Shown in pieces: positions 35,772-49,343 of a stretch of 50,221 bases of DNA. Numbering within the stretch: the stretch's first letter is position 1; every line of letters starts with the position of its first letter. Position numbers and translations under genes: made by a program. The DNA is from Phoronis australis (Eukaryota > Animalia > Phoronida). The notes beneath the pieces were generated by a model that had not been told where the DNA came from, ran no database searches, and saw nothing but the letters and a program-made list of their open reading frames with translations. Where the stretch lies: assembly GCA_002633005.1 (NCBI GenBank), contig NMRA01000779.1:75271-125491 (forward strand), in the 5' to 3' direction.

Positions 35772-38700
35772 CTGCAAAAGATGTTAGTGTTAGTGTTTTT
35801 GATAAGATCTTGTTGCTCAACAAATTGCACATCAAATCTAATGTGTACACTCAATGTGTGCTCTACACAACAAATAACGTATTCTCTTCACAAAACACTG
35901 TCACTAAATCATGTCAATTATTCACACGGTATACGAAATACGTTATTGTTTCTCAAGAGACAATTCGCCTAACCCTTAAGAGGCAAATACTTGCTACGTT
36001 TCGCCTTGTATAGCTGGCTAATAAATACAAAATCACTTGTCTCCTTGGCATAAAATAGGTCTCATTATATGCCTTGCTGTGATATAATTCTATTTCGGTT
36101 ACCAACAATAATATCGAAACTATCAGCAACTCGAAATAAAAACGTTTCAGAGTTTAGTGGGGTTGGCAACCCTAAAATTACGAATTCCAAAACGGCGCTT
36201 ATAATATGCGCCTTGGCAGTGACCTGAATTGGTAACGGAAATGGAATGTTAGGAGACCGATTGTGTAAGAGCAAAATACCGCTTAAACGTCAATGCGATA
36301 GCACTTTAACAACGACTTGAGCCAGTCTTGATATACACTGCAGTCTACTGACGAATGGGGAAGCAAGCCTTGGCTCCCTGTCACACAGACGCATAGTGTA
36401 TCAGATACCGGGGCAAATCTAGGGACACATCTTTAATGGAAAATACCACAAAACATTCAGGAAATGAAACCAATGATAATAATAGTCATTCTTAGCTTTC
36501 TTCTTACAACACATGAAAAATTGCGTCCAGACGTAAGCTATAAGTCAATGAGGTCTTGTTACTCGGACTTGGTCGCTGCGCCTAATGGTACATGATGCGA
36601 ACACTGTTTAAAATTTCATTGCTATCGCCCTAGGCTTGACACTCGTTTTCACGAGTTTTACAGTCCAGGCTCCGTGTTTCACTTACTAGAATTTAACTTC
36701 TCCGCTCTTATTCGCTGGGGCCGTCCACTCAAACGTGAGTTTTGTGACGGACAATTTCTTTGAATGGGTCACAGCGTCATCAGCGTCAGCACAACTTAGT
36801 TTCTGAAAGTAGGCACAAAACTGAACTATTGCGTGTGGCACTGTCAGAAAAAAGCTTTGAACAGCAGTACGTGACTTGCACAAAAACTATTGAGAATATA
36901 AATACTTTGAAGACCTGCCTGCCGAATTCTTCCCAAATTAACTGAAAGTGATGACATAATGCGCACAAAGTGATGACGTAATGCGCACAAAGAATGAGCC
37001 AGTCCCCACCATAAGAAAAAAAAACGTGAAACGCCTCCACGACTGCACCGCAAACGGTACGAAAGAACTTGGTAGACATAGAGCCATACGCAAAAAAAAC
37101 CGTAAATTGCTACTAGGTGCGCCACAGTACAGCCCAGTACCGCCATTAAAATGAACTTTATACAAATTTTACCTTGGTATCAGGTTCATTGGTTGCGAAT
37201 GAACCAATAATTACACTGTCGTTTTTGGCGTCACGGCCCTGAAGAAAGAAGCCTTTGATGTTTTCTTTTCCGGATAAAGTGACTGAAAAATACATGCAAG
37301 AATGAACAGTGGTGAATGGCCATTCAACTCGGCACTGAAACCCAAGGCATTCGTTCGTAACTACCACTACTCTTCATCATAATATTTATTGTTATTATTA
37401 TCGTTTTATTAGGTTGAACCTATTCTCTACAAACACTGATCACCCATAAGGCCCAGCCACCAATACATTCACAAACACCAATAGAAGAATGAATTATGAT
37501 TTATATGAATACTAAAATATTAACGACTAAGGCGACAATAATGAAACCATGCAAAAGTAAGTAAAAAGAAGGTAAACAAAAACTAGAAAGATTATTGTCA
37601 CGGCGTGACAATAACGGATTCTGCGCGTGCGTATTACTGGAATTATTATGGGAAGTTACTGACAGCAACCCCTTTACCAATATGAAAAGGAATTCTTTAA
37701 GATTGTAGGAGAAATTACATATTAATTTTTTTGATGACCTTTCCACTAATTGACCTCTTCCGGTGCATTATGAGCCCCGATGAGGGAGTAATTGTTAACT
37801 CGATTGAAAGTGTGGTTAATGCTAATAATCACAGATGTTTTACTTTAAGCACTTCAGAATACAAGATGAACGAAGTGGTCAAACTTTCAGAAGAAAAATG
37901 CACCTAATGACCCCATGGGTGCACCAAATGACCTGAAAATTTAGAATTCAAACTCAATCGCACTTAGTAAACAGATACGTAATTCTGAAGTCTCTAGCTC
38001 AAAATTTTAGTTTGCACTCAATGACCTTTGANNNNNNNNNNNNNNNNNNNNNNNNNNNNNNNNNNNNNNNNNNNNNNNNNNNNNNNNNNNNNNNNNNNNN
38101 NNNNNNNNNNNNNNNNNNNNNNNNNNNNNNNNNNNNNNNNNNNNNNNNNNNNNNNNNNNNNNNNNNNNNNNNNNNNNNNNNNNNNNNNNNNNNNNNNNNN
38201 NNNNNNNNNNNNNNNNNNNNNNNNNNNNNNNNNNNNNNNNNNNNNNNNNNNNNNNNNNNNNNNNNNNNNNNNNNNNNNNNNNNNNNNNNNNNNNNNNNNN
38301 NNNNNNNNNNNNNNNNNNNNNNNNNNNNNNNNNNNNNNNNNNNNNNNNNNNNNNNNNNNNNNNNNNNNNNNNNNNNNNNNNNNNNNNNNNNNNNNNNNNN
38401 NNNNNNNNNNNNNNNNGGTTTTCCGTAGATAAGCCCCCGGGCGTGTATTCGGAAAGTGAAAATTTTCAGGCATTTTAGTAACACCAATAAACGCCCGGCC
38501 GTTTATTCGGAAAAGGGGGCATGTAAACGGAAAGTAATGATTTTGGCTACGTAAATACCAGCATGATGTGCGATATGTGTTTTTGTAAGTGAAACAGCCC
38601 TTCTGGGTGGATTGGTAGTCCTTAAAAGTACTGTTGATACCTGTTAACAACGTTAATTGTGTAGCAACTTATCAATTTTTGCAATATCTGCCCAGCGGGA

Positions 38701-40121
38701 CAAAAATTAACGTGCATGACACTTCTAGACCTTCTTGTGGCAAAGTTGATAGCAACTAAGGACGCCTAGTAGAAACTTCGACTTGAATACTCGCACCACG
38801 TATCGTGAAAAAATAAGTTCGAGCGTGTGAAATTTCGGGGTCTAACGGAGTGCAACACACAATGCTACCAAGCTTAATTTTGACGACAGTCTTCATGCAT
38901 CTAGCTGGCCGGTTACGTCATAACCCGCAGGAGCACACAAAGACATTGACAATTTACTTTTGTCCGGCGGTCACGTTCATTCTGCGGCGGTCCCGTTTTA
39001 TGGTGGGTCTGTCCCATTTTTTGGTGCGACGGTACCATTTGATCCCGTAGATCCTGTTTAGTGGTGCTTTGGTCCGATTTGGAGGACTGACGGTCATGTT
39101 TTGGGTCCGGCGGTCATGTTGTTTCTCACCCGTGTATCAGTATTGACTTGAAAACGGCGAGAAAGAACTTACACACCCGAGAGGATATCGCAGCCCTCCA
39201 TCCTACGAGAAACTTCTCGAATTTGTATCTTCAGCCTTCTGAAAATTCCGCAAGACATCAGTATCAGAGCATTCAAATGTTAATGGGCAAATGGTCTCTA
39301 CCGTATTATTCAACCCCGGATACGCGAACACATGGGATACAACGCGGTTATCCCTTCAGCGACTCGGAGGTGGAAAGAAACTCTGAGGAGGAGCTGGATG
39401 AAAACATTGACATGGACTGAATACACGTAGATTAAGAGGTTTAATGACTGATTTTTTATTTAAAACTGTTTTTATAAATTCTATAGTAATCAATGCATAG
39501 TTCGGAAACACTTCATTCGTTTTTGTAATTGATAAATGCTCCATTAAACTGACTTTGTGACTTAAAGTTGACGCTAAGTGGGCTTTTAAAAGGAAATTTT
39601 CCAAATAAACACGCCACTATCTGGATATTTGACAAGAGAAGGTGCAACACCAAATAAACGCCCATGGGCGTATATTCGACGTAATTTTCCGATTAAACGC
39701 ACATGGGCGTTTCATCGGGTGGGCTTATCTACGAAAACCCCCGGTACGAACCCTTAAAGTACATAGCATTCGTATAAACATCACTTGAGCACGAGTTTGA
39801 AATGTCTAGTGAATTTCTACCAGAATGCATCCTTCTGATTGTCAAAAGCGCCCTCTACTTTTAGCTCACTTTCTAAAATGGAAATAGTGAAACCAATGTC
39901 GGGAACTGACTTACGTTTGAGGATAACATACCTTTGATTTTTGAACCCGATGTGTACGTGTTTTTATCGACGTAGACCTTGTACGGAGTAGTACTGGCGC
40001 TCTGGGCTTCTACTTTGTGGCCCTTGGGAAACATGGTCTCACATGCACCAGGGGGCGCCCCACCGGAGTATCCCATCACAGCAACAGCAACAGCCAAGAT
40101 AGTGACGCAATGTAAAAACAT
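35708..40121 (-). CDS. Secreted single Reeler-domain protein (defense protein Hdd11-like), 4 coding exons, about 159 aa
   Basis: Exons 40121-39932, 37282-37173, 36802-36687, 35771-35708 join in phase; signal peptide MFLHCVTILAVAVAVMG, Reeler motifs YSGGAP..AC.TM.P.H, KGFFLQ, AVTH, WTAP, YATLV...FWV. Confidence 0.9.
36687..36802 (-). CDS. Reeler gene coding exon 3
   Basis: KLSCADADDAVTHSKKLSVTKLTFEWTAPANKSGEVKF, donor gtaagt. Confidence 0.9.
37173..37282 (-). CDS. Reeler gene coding exon 2
   Basis: TLSGKENIKGFFLQGRDAKNDSVIIGSFATNEPDTK. Confidence 0.9.
38032..38416. other. Assembly gap (N run)
   Basis: 385 N. Confidence 1.
38417..39744. mobile_element. Tc1/mariner-pogo (Tigger-like) non-autonomous element, left end clipped by gap
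   Basis: TIR ggttttccgtagataagccc / gggcttatctacgaaaacc..cgg followed by TA; subterminal aaacgccc/gggcgt repeats; acidic remnant SDSEVERNSEEELDENIDMD. Confidence 0.7.
39932..40121 (-). CDS. Reeler gene coding exon 1 (signal peptide)
   Basis: ATG in aaaATG context; acceptor at 40142 implies an upstream 5' UTR exon; donor ag|gtatgt. Confidence 0.9.
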
Positions 40122-40975
40122 TTTGTAGATTATAGCGGAAGCTGAAAATACAGACAATGTAGTGTGATTTGTATAATGAAACTAGACCCCACAATCAATT
40201 CACGTCTCTGTGACTGAAGTGTGACTCCAGGCCAACGAGTTGTCGTGTAGGCCTACGTCAACAGAGGTAACACGCTGATTAAAGGTATCCACGTACTTCG
40301 AATAATTTAGCTGTTGAACGTGTCGCGAACAACTGTTTTAAACATGTTCATTATTCTGTTAAAAGGTTAATTTCGAGAAATAATGGATTTTAGGCGCTAA
40401 TGTTTCTCTAGTAAAATTGCGTTATTCAAAAAGTGTCACATTTAAAGGAATTGAATGTCACTTTTTGCACAAATCCAGGGACGCTGGCTGCAGGCACAAA
40501 AACACAGAAGTATTTATCCAAGTTTCAAAATTATCTAACACAAATATTAGCGTTTGTGTCAAAGGATGGCAGCAAGATATTTGGGTGTACCACAGTCATA
40601 AAACAACTGACCGACGTTTGGTTTTGTCGAACACCCGCTGAGGTAACAAGGCGAGAAAGCAGCACGAAACTGTTGCTCCAATTTTCAACAAGAAAATTTT
40701 CGATAGCTTTTTTTACTGAACTACGTCGCCATTGATATCACCGATCCCTTACCAGCGCGAGTTGATTTGATTTGTTATCTACTGGCGTTGATAAAGCAAA
40801 GCGTTGTCTCCATATTTTGGCTGAAGCTTAAAATTTTTGATCGCGGCCACGGCTAGAGTATTGGCAGCACATTTGAAAGAGATGTATAGTGCCTTTGATG
40901 AATGTGTTTCCTTCGATTTTCCACATACAATGGATCTGTTACTCCATAACGCCTAATCCCATTTTGCTGTACACA

Positions 40976-42648
40976 AGGTTAATTTAGTATGAAGCGAAGA
41001 AATGCGCTTAATCAACTCGCAGTTTTGATTAAGCAACGCGTAATTTTAGTTCTTGAACGTCCCGTTCTGCTCTTAATGAACGCGCACTTTTGTTTTATCG
41101 ACACGTAGTTTTGTTTTATCAACGCGTAGTTTTGTTTAATCAACGCCTAGTTTTGTTTTATCAACGCGTAGTTTTGTGCAACGCGTAGTTTTACTTAATC
41201 AACGTTACTGATACCTAGAACTGGAAAAGCGTGAAGGAAAGCACAAAGATAAGATGCGTAAATTCTGTCAAAGCAGGCCACTCTGATGTTGTGACGTATG
41301 AAGCTCCAAAAAGTGAGACGGTCCCGCTTAAAGCATGTAGGCATGTCGAGTGTTCATCCCACGTGACACACTTTCAAAACAAGTACTGTAAATACAAAGC
41401 TTATGTGTTAGCGAATTAATTAATTTGACAAAAATACTTGAGTTTCTCATGTAAAAATTTGCGCAGGTACAGATAGTTTGGCACCTTTTTGTTTGCGGGC
41501 TTCTTTCTGATGTCAGCGCCAGTTGCCAACAATTCAAATTGAACAATTATGTTACGGTAACAGTGAAGACGAGGTCTGCTGCCGATAGTTTAATCGTGGC
41601 AGATGTTAGGGAATGGGAGCCAGACGCGTAATGGTTGAAAATAAAATTTTTGAATATTAAAACACAGAAAATGTAATTTAACATGCGAATTTCATGCGCG
41701 CACCTAGCCTCCAACATTAGGGGGCTCGAATTCCTGATGTTGTGGACCTTTTGGTAAAAAGAGCGGGCGGACTAAAAAAAAAAAGAAAATAAACGGGGGC
41801 ACCACTGTGAATTGCGTGTTAGTGCTTGTTTAGTGGACTTTTGTCTCATTTTCTCGGACTTTTTGTTTCTCAGAGGCGGACCTTTTTGCCCACTTCACCA
41901 AATGGGAGCGCGCATGAATTTGAATTACAAAGAATTTAGGTAAAGGGGATCTCTGTAGAAAGGTATGACTTTTTGTCTGCAGATTATGTGATAATAAACC
42001 ATTTGGCTACGATTCCAGTGGGGTGTGAATGTTCTATAACTTTTGTGCATTCGCAATAGGTGGCGAAAATGTATTTGGAACATAATTAGTGCGCAAGCGC
42101 TCGCTTTTTTCAACAATCAACTTAATTTCGGTCTCAAGTTAAGGACCGTAGATGAAAATCTCACTTTGTGTTCATGAAACGGTCTTGCCTGAAATTTCGT
42201 CTTCGGTCTGAACTTAGTTGTGACTCCAAATAGCGAGATCAAATGGCTATTCAAATAATTAGGGGGATCCCCAAGCAAAATCGAACTTAATTGAACATGT
42301 AGTTTAAAACATACATGTACCTGTTCCTAACCAAGTGAGTGGCGCCATCACTTACATGGTCTCTTGATAAGAATCTAAAACATTCTTCAAAAGTTGCTTT
42401 TCATCCATGTATCTCGAAAGTCTTCCGCCATTTTGAGATTTGAGAGCACGTGGGTAACTGGGCTATATGAACTGACTAGAAGTAGGCCTAGGTGTTGATT
42501 AAGCAAATATACTCGCAGAATAAGAGCAAAACGATGATAGTTTATGAACTAAAACTATAGCGTTGATTAAGCAAAGCTACGTGTTGATTAAGCACATTTC
42601 AACGCACAGAAAGGTTTAAGAAGCCTTCAGCGCTTCATAAATTAACCT
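40976..42648. mobile_element. Foldback-type element with long TIRs containing 21-bp tandem subrepeats
   Basis: Ends aggttaattta..tgaagcg / cgcttcataaattaacct; 41018-41105 is an imperfect reverse complement of 42490-42600; subrepeat gtagttttgttttatcaacgc. Confidence 0.65.
41693..41916 (+). mobile_element. CATG-ended MITE with 5-bp TSD, copy 2
   Basis: catgcgcgc / gcgcgcatg termini, TSD aattt. Confidence 0.75.
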
Positions 42649-45600
42649 ATGACAATCGTAACACCGGTTACAAGTGAAATCTCAAATGAGTTTCACCGCA
42701 TATTTTCGTGACGCTTCAATTACATTAGGACAAGCCAGACATAAGCACGTGCACCTTTCTTTCATGGCTGATTTTCTTCATATTGTGCGCGAACTCGAGG
42801 TTAGCCTCCCGGTGTGCTCGCGGATCGTTACGACTGCCTTGACCTACACGACCCCTTGGCTCATGTTTCATACAAACCATTATGGAAATAAGATGGTAAA
42901 AGTTCACTTACCACGAACTTATATTGGTGGTTGTTGACTCAGGTTTCCACCCTCATCAAGTTGAGAGTTTTTTTTAAACGAACGCGCGCTTTACTACATT
43001 TTTTGTTCTCGTCGCGAACTAAGAAAACCCTACTTCATCGCTTTATGGAAATAATTGACGAACAACAAAAAATCTAGAGCAGGCAAGCAAATAGCCAATT
43101 AATGAGGGCTTGTACTATTACATCAAGAAACGTACCGAACACCGTCGAGCCGTGGTGCCACAACCCCCCCCNGGACACAACTCCCCCTCTTAAACAACTC
43201 TTAAACGGTATCTCTCTGGGCCTACTGTACTAGTGCCATGTAACGAACTTTTAGGCGGATTGGCTTGCGTGGCCGCGATAATGACCTTTTAATTCAAACA
43301 TTTACGAATAATACCCGCACACAATGGCATCCTATTCAGACCCCTAACTAGTTCACGATGCCCATGAAAACCGAAATCTCCGGCCCCACACTATGCTGTG
43401 GGCCGCAGGTTTCTCAGTCTATGACACGTAGTCAAGAAGGGTACAAAAAGCTATAGACGTGGAGTAGGTTATCGTGATTCAAACAATAACAGGACAGACT
43501 GGCATTGTCAGCGGGAGTGACTCAGCATAAGACTGGTAGTAGGCCAATTTAGTGCAAGTCCTCATGGCCAGTATTCAATCTCGGCATGAGCACGTACATG
43601 TACGACTGGCCCACTACGCTGACTACGCAACGTTGCATGGATGGGCTTTACACACAGTGCACGGAATTAACAGTTGCATCCTGTAGACATGTCCAGTATA
43701 GTGTTCAGTGTTCCTGGCATCAATTCCCTTAGTTTCACTGCAGATTGGGGTGCCGGAACTACTTTCTCATACTGCGAGCGATAAGATTCGCTGTCGCTAA
43801 TTTGGTTTAAATTCCTAGATTGAAAAAATGCGATTTCTGCTTGACCTAATAACTAACCACTGCGTGTCCCAAGTTGGTCAACCGGCCGGTCCGGTCTGTC
43901 CGGGGTTACGTAGGGTTACATGTCTACCTGCATTCCATGCACTGTTGCCCGATGGTCCTGTTGTTGGACAGATAGGAAAGGGTTATGTCGCTGCGTAAGA
44001 CAACTTAATGTATACTTTCATGTACACCCGATCGACAACGTGACATACTTACACGTACAGTCGATGCAGTTGCTGTTGTTGATCTGAAAGGTAACGCCCG
44101 ATTACATAAGCTCCAGTCACCGACCTCTGAACTGCGACCTTCAGTGTTTGTCAGCAAATAAAACGGTATTCAGTAATGTCACGTGATAGCCTAGATACAA
44201 CGTCATGACCATTCGGGAAAACCGCGGGTATTTTGGAATACGGTAAGTATTAGTTACGCAACTGTCATGCTTGCCGAACGCCTCGTACACCAATCAACTC
44301 CATGACCAGCTCAACTCGGTCGGATACCGCTGCCGCCGATATCTTCTTTAATAGCAGCATTTCCGAGTCCCCGTATATGTTGAACTCTTAATCGAAGCGC
44401 TAAATGCTTCCGATGACGTACTTATAGGGTCTGACTGAACTCGACTGCCATGCAGTGGTCTGATAAGCCAACAACCCGTGACTAAACTAACGGGCAGAAG
44501 CGGGTCCAGGATTCTGAATTGGGGGGCAGGGTAGAGTATTACAGTCTGGATTTTGCCCGTCAGACATTCACAGGCCCTCGAAGAGCCAATGGAAGAAATT
44601 TAGGTGGGCCATGGCCCCCTTGCTACCGACCCCCCAATCTGCCACTGCAATATGCAATAAACCTACATACGTGATTCGCCATGCAGTTTCGATTTTCTCG
44701 GTAATGGAAATAGAGCCCTAGTCACGGCTCGAGCTGGACCTGTATAGTTACCGAATAGCATTTGCGCGCAAGTGGACGAGAAAGCGGACGTGTGGCGGCT
44801 ACTGAAGAGTATGCGGCGAACTTCTCGAGCGCCGGTTCATCACCGAAATTATGGCTTGATTGGGCGCCGTCACGGATTGACTCGAAGTAAACTAGTCGCT
44901 ATGGGCATTGCAGTGAGTTGCTGGATGAGATTGCTGTCGCAAATCACTGAACACGCCTCGATGGGCGGCGCACTCGGTGAGCGACGTACTGAAATGGGGG
45001 GCTAAAGCCCTGGCCTTCAGCCCCCCTGTGGTGCACTGCCTATAGACAAAGTGCGGCGTAGCTTTGAAAAAAGTGGGGCTATAGTCCCCTAAGCCCCCTG
45101 GTGGCCGCCCATGGTTTAGCGTATGAGTTTTAAAGAAAAAAAACGAACAATAATTTAAGTAAGGCAAATGATACTGAAAAATAAACAGTACCCGCCTTTG
45201 AAGTTTTAAAATCGATTTGAGAATGTTTTCTTCAGCCGTCACTTGTTACGAGCACTAATCTGTGAATGGATTATGATTGGTTAGACTGGCACAGCGGGCT
45301 CGTTTTTGTTGGGGAAACAAAACCCCAGTGTTCTTACCGGGTAGGATCGAGTATCATAATTATGCTAATGAACACACCTTTGGAACAGGCCTTGCTAAGA
45401 AGAATTAGTAAAACTGGACCTGTCACGGGCCCATCTATATAGTATTTGTTACTAATCAACATTACATTAATTACCATCGGAACCATCACCGACTGCATGA
45501 AAAACCCTTCAGTGGGATACTTAGGCCAACCCTAAACTTAGTTATTGCCTGCTCATGATTACTATTACCAGGAAGAGATAACCAGTCCTGGTTATCTCTT

Positions 45601-47831
45601 CCTCCTATTACTATTGCCTGCCTAGCTGGAAGTCAGACCGGTTCATATTGGACAATCATTCAATCCCACGAGGGTTCTATACGTATAGTTTAAACATGGG
45701 CGGCTCACCATAGGGGGCTGGAGGGATATAGCCCCCACTTTCTGAGGGCGCTACGCCGTACATCGATCAGTCTAGGCCTATATAACCCGTGAATCACGCA
45801 TGGGGGGGGGGGGGCNTGAAATGACAACCGCGAACTGAAGTTTTTAATCATCAAGTCGATGTCTTGGCTGCGGTGATCACATATACAGACGCATCCTGTG
45901 TACAAAACTGGAGTCTCTCGATGTCGGGGGCCACAACGGACTGTTCATGATTGAACTATGGATACTGTATGACAAAGACATGCGTCAGCCGGCACTTTGT
46001 ATGGAATACATTATAGGCGACATCTTGAAACACAAGTCACCTTCAGACGGCTAGGTTATGCAAGGTTCAGTGTCCGGCTGAAATGGGTCACACCAGGACA
46101 TGTTTTAATTAAAATTACACTATGTTGGGCAGCTAATGCTTTTGTTTGTGAGCCACATGTGTTTAAATTGGACAGTCTATTGGACGACTCGGATTAGTGT
46201 AGTAGCACAATTATGATGTAATGTTAATTTCTACTTATGGTTCAATTTTGATGCTTTACAAACGAATTATCAATATTTTGTTCACAAAAAGAACAAACTT
46301 TGATAAACCCAACGGACACTGAAGACATAGAATAGGCAGAAATAATGCTTCAGTGAAGCCATGCAGGTTAGGTCAATTTGTTACAGCTATAGACGACCAA
46401 ACCTCGCCAAACCCCGCTCAAAATGATGCTCTTTACGTTAAAAAATCTCGTAAGGTCGGAGATGTGCCAAAGATAAAGAAACCTGAGTGGCTACGTCTAC
46501 TCACTGCATGGTTGAGTTTTCAAATTTGAAATATTCCCCTCTCTCAGTGACGAGTGACCCGCCGCCGTCGCAATCCGCAAACGAGGCGGAACGGAAAGTA
46601 GCACTAGACGCCACATTTTTACTCAATCAGGGCGAGATGTGCAATCAGGTACCATCATTGGTGACATTTCTGTGAAACCGCGCAGTTAGGCCTATCCTTT
46701 ACAGTACTTTGTTCAGCCCCGCCACGTGACTCACTGAGCTTGATGAATTCATGTGTGTTGGCAAAGTCTAACATCCTGACCCGAAATAAAAACGACGACC
46801 TCTTGTGGACAGTGTACTCGTCATATATATGCGAATCCAGCAGTTTCAACACACTGATCACCTCGCAACATTTACTCCTGAACGACTGTACAACCCGGCG
46901 ATGAGCTCGTAGTGAGTGCAGATCCAACTCCCACACAAATCACTAGTTTCCATGAACACAAGTGATTACACCCTAATCATTTTTTCTTAAAAAGCATGGG
47001 CACAACAAAAAATGACTCTCACCCAGGTTACCATGTCTGGAGAATTGTGCGTCTGTAACAGGGTGCAGACAATGCCACACCCCGGTGACAAAGCGTTTCA
47101 CAGAACGCCGGCAGGTCTACAGTGCATGGCTAGAGACCCACATTCTATCACACCGAAACAACACATCTTTTGATTTAGACCCACTTATGAAGTTCGGGTC
47201 TCGAGCTGTTCTATAGTCAAAGTCAACGCCTCGAAGGTACTGTCATTTGGTTATTACACGAGCCCCAGCTCTACTACATTTATATACTCGACTGAGCCCC
47301 ACAGGCTCTACTACATGTTTACTCGAGCCCCACAGGCAGTATGACGGCTTGCCACAAGGACGGAGTCATGAAAGGCGCCAAGCATATAGCCTCGTAGAAT
47401 AACAAGCCCAAACATCCCTCGTCACCACTGCTGTGAACAAGGTGTCCGTCACTCACACTACTGTCACTGTGATACGGGTCACCGACTCCAGCCATTTTCA
47501 GCTTACAACACACTAAACAATNTTTAGTTATATCTTTCGATTGAGAGAGCTCAATTTGTGATCTAAGCAGGTGAAAGTAAAGGAAATAGTGACTTCTCAT
47601 TTGAATAATGAACAGTTTGGCCAAATTATATTCTGCTAACTGGTTTAATACAATACTTCGCTTCTTGCGTGCTGCGCGGATTTTAAAGACACGCCATCTG
47701 GCGACAATCTTGCTTATTTCCCCTAATAAGGAAAGACTCATGAAAACTTGCTCACCTACGAGCGCTAGATACCTGTTGATACATGTACAAATACCAGTAG
47801 AGGAAATTCTACAAGATATTTGTCAAAAAGA

Positions 47832-49343
47832 AAACAAGAGCAACGCGCAGCGTTGAAATGCACCCACGAATGCATCGCAAATGGTGTGCTTTTAGGTTGT
47901 TTATTTGTCATAAAAATGGCCACTAGATGGCGCGAAAACATACAATCCGTCCGAAAAGGGGAACACTAAATGTCATTGCTTCTTAAATAGAAAGCTATAA
48001 TACACAAAATTTATAGAAATCCAACATGGAACTTCAGAGAAACAAATGAAAACAGAATAAAATGAAATTGGCTCTAGGGGGCACACTGTTCATTGGATCC
48101 GCCTGAAAGTCGTCATTGTCTGTTGTTGGCTTCATATAAAAACACTTACAAATTAATTTTGATAAAGATCCTGCAGTGGGTTTAGGAGATACAGATGCCT
48201 GTATTCAAAATTTTATGAAAATCCGTTGAGAATCTTTGAAGATACAGAGGTAAACGTAAAACTAAAATTGCACAACGGTACTCAGATCCATCTGAAAATC
48301 GCCATCGTCCATTGTCAACATCATATAAACACACTTTTTAAATTTAGTAAAGATCGTACAAACGGTGTAGGAGATACAGCCATGGGCGCAAAAAACGAAA
48401 CTGCCACTAGGAGGCGCCACAGTAGTCGAAGTCATCAGAAAATCATCGTCACTCATCCACTTCAAAGTAAAAACATAAACGCCAATTTTCACAATTATCC
48501 TGAAAGCAGTTTGGTTGATAGAGGGGTGGACGTCAAAAAACAGTAAAAATGGCCACCAGGTAGCGCAAACTAGGTCGAATCCATCTAAAAACGGAAACAA
48601 CGTCACCTCACTAACAGAAGCATATACACCAAATTTTATGAAAATACATTGAGGACCTTTGAAGATACAGAGGTAACCCTAAAAAAATAAAATTGCCACT
48701 AGGTGGCACACCAGTAGTAGTAGTCAGATCTGTCCGAAAGTTGTTGTTAGCTGTCATCATTTAAATGCACTAACTAAATATAGTAAAGATCCTGCAAACG
48801 GTTTAGGAGATATAGCGATAGACGCAAAAAACAAAACTGCCACTAGGAGGCGCCACAGTAGTCAAAGTCGTGGGAAAATCATCCTCAGCCCTTCTCTTTA
48901 TAGTAAGAGCATACATGCCAATTTTCACAATCATGCTTCTAGCTGTTCGGTTGATAAATGGGTGAACGCCAAAAAAAAAACAGACGCGAAAACAGTAAAA
49001 ATGGCCACTAGGTGGCGCAAACTACGTTGAATCTAACCGAAAACGGGAGGATAACGTCGTCTCACTAATAGATGTCTATATATTAAATTTTGTGAAAATA
49101 GGTCGAGGACCTTTGAAGATACAGAGGTAAACGTAAAAAATTAAATTGCCACTGGGGGGCACACCGGTAGTCAGATCCGTCCGAAAATCGCTCATGCCGT
49201 CCCATCCATGAAAGGAACACATGTGCAAAATTTCATGAACATATGTCAATTGGTTTTGGAGATACAGCAGCAGATGCCTGATAGATGCCGGCCGGAGATG
49301 ACGGCATAATGCGTCCACATATAAATATGTGGAAAATAAAAAC
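47832..49343 (+). mobile_element. Non-autonomous Helitron/Helentron-like element with internal tandem array (about 150-bp monomer, about 440-bp higher-order unit)
   Basis: Starts aaacaagag + hairpin caacgc-gca-gcgttg; ends with hairpin tccacatat-aa-atatgtgga then A-run; ctttgaagatacagaggtaa recurs near 48235, 48657, 49111. Confidence 0.6.

Noticed and set aside
37999-38650. Long ORFs in the ORF track
   Set aside because: They span the N gap and are artefacts
15866-40121. F-spondin (Reeler + TSP1) as one gene
   Set aside because: Reeler and TSP1 exons are on opposite strands, each gene has its own signal peptide, and no Spondin_N domain is seen
43000-47800. Short ORFs and G/C-run fragments as a gene
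   Set aside because: No domain or coherent exon chain found; the G/C-rich pieces near 45070-45118 and 45690-45742 look like MITE ends
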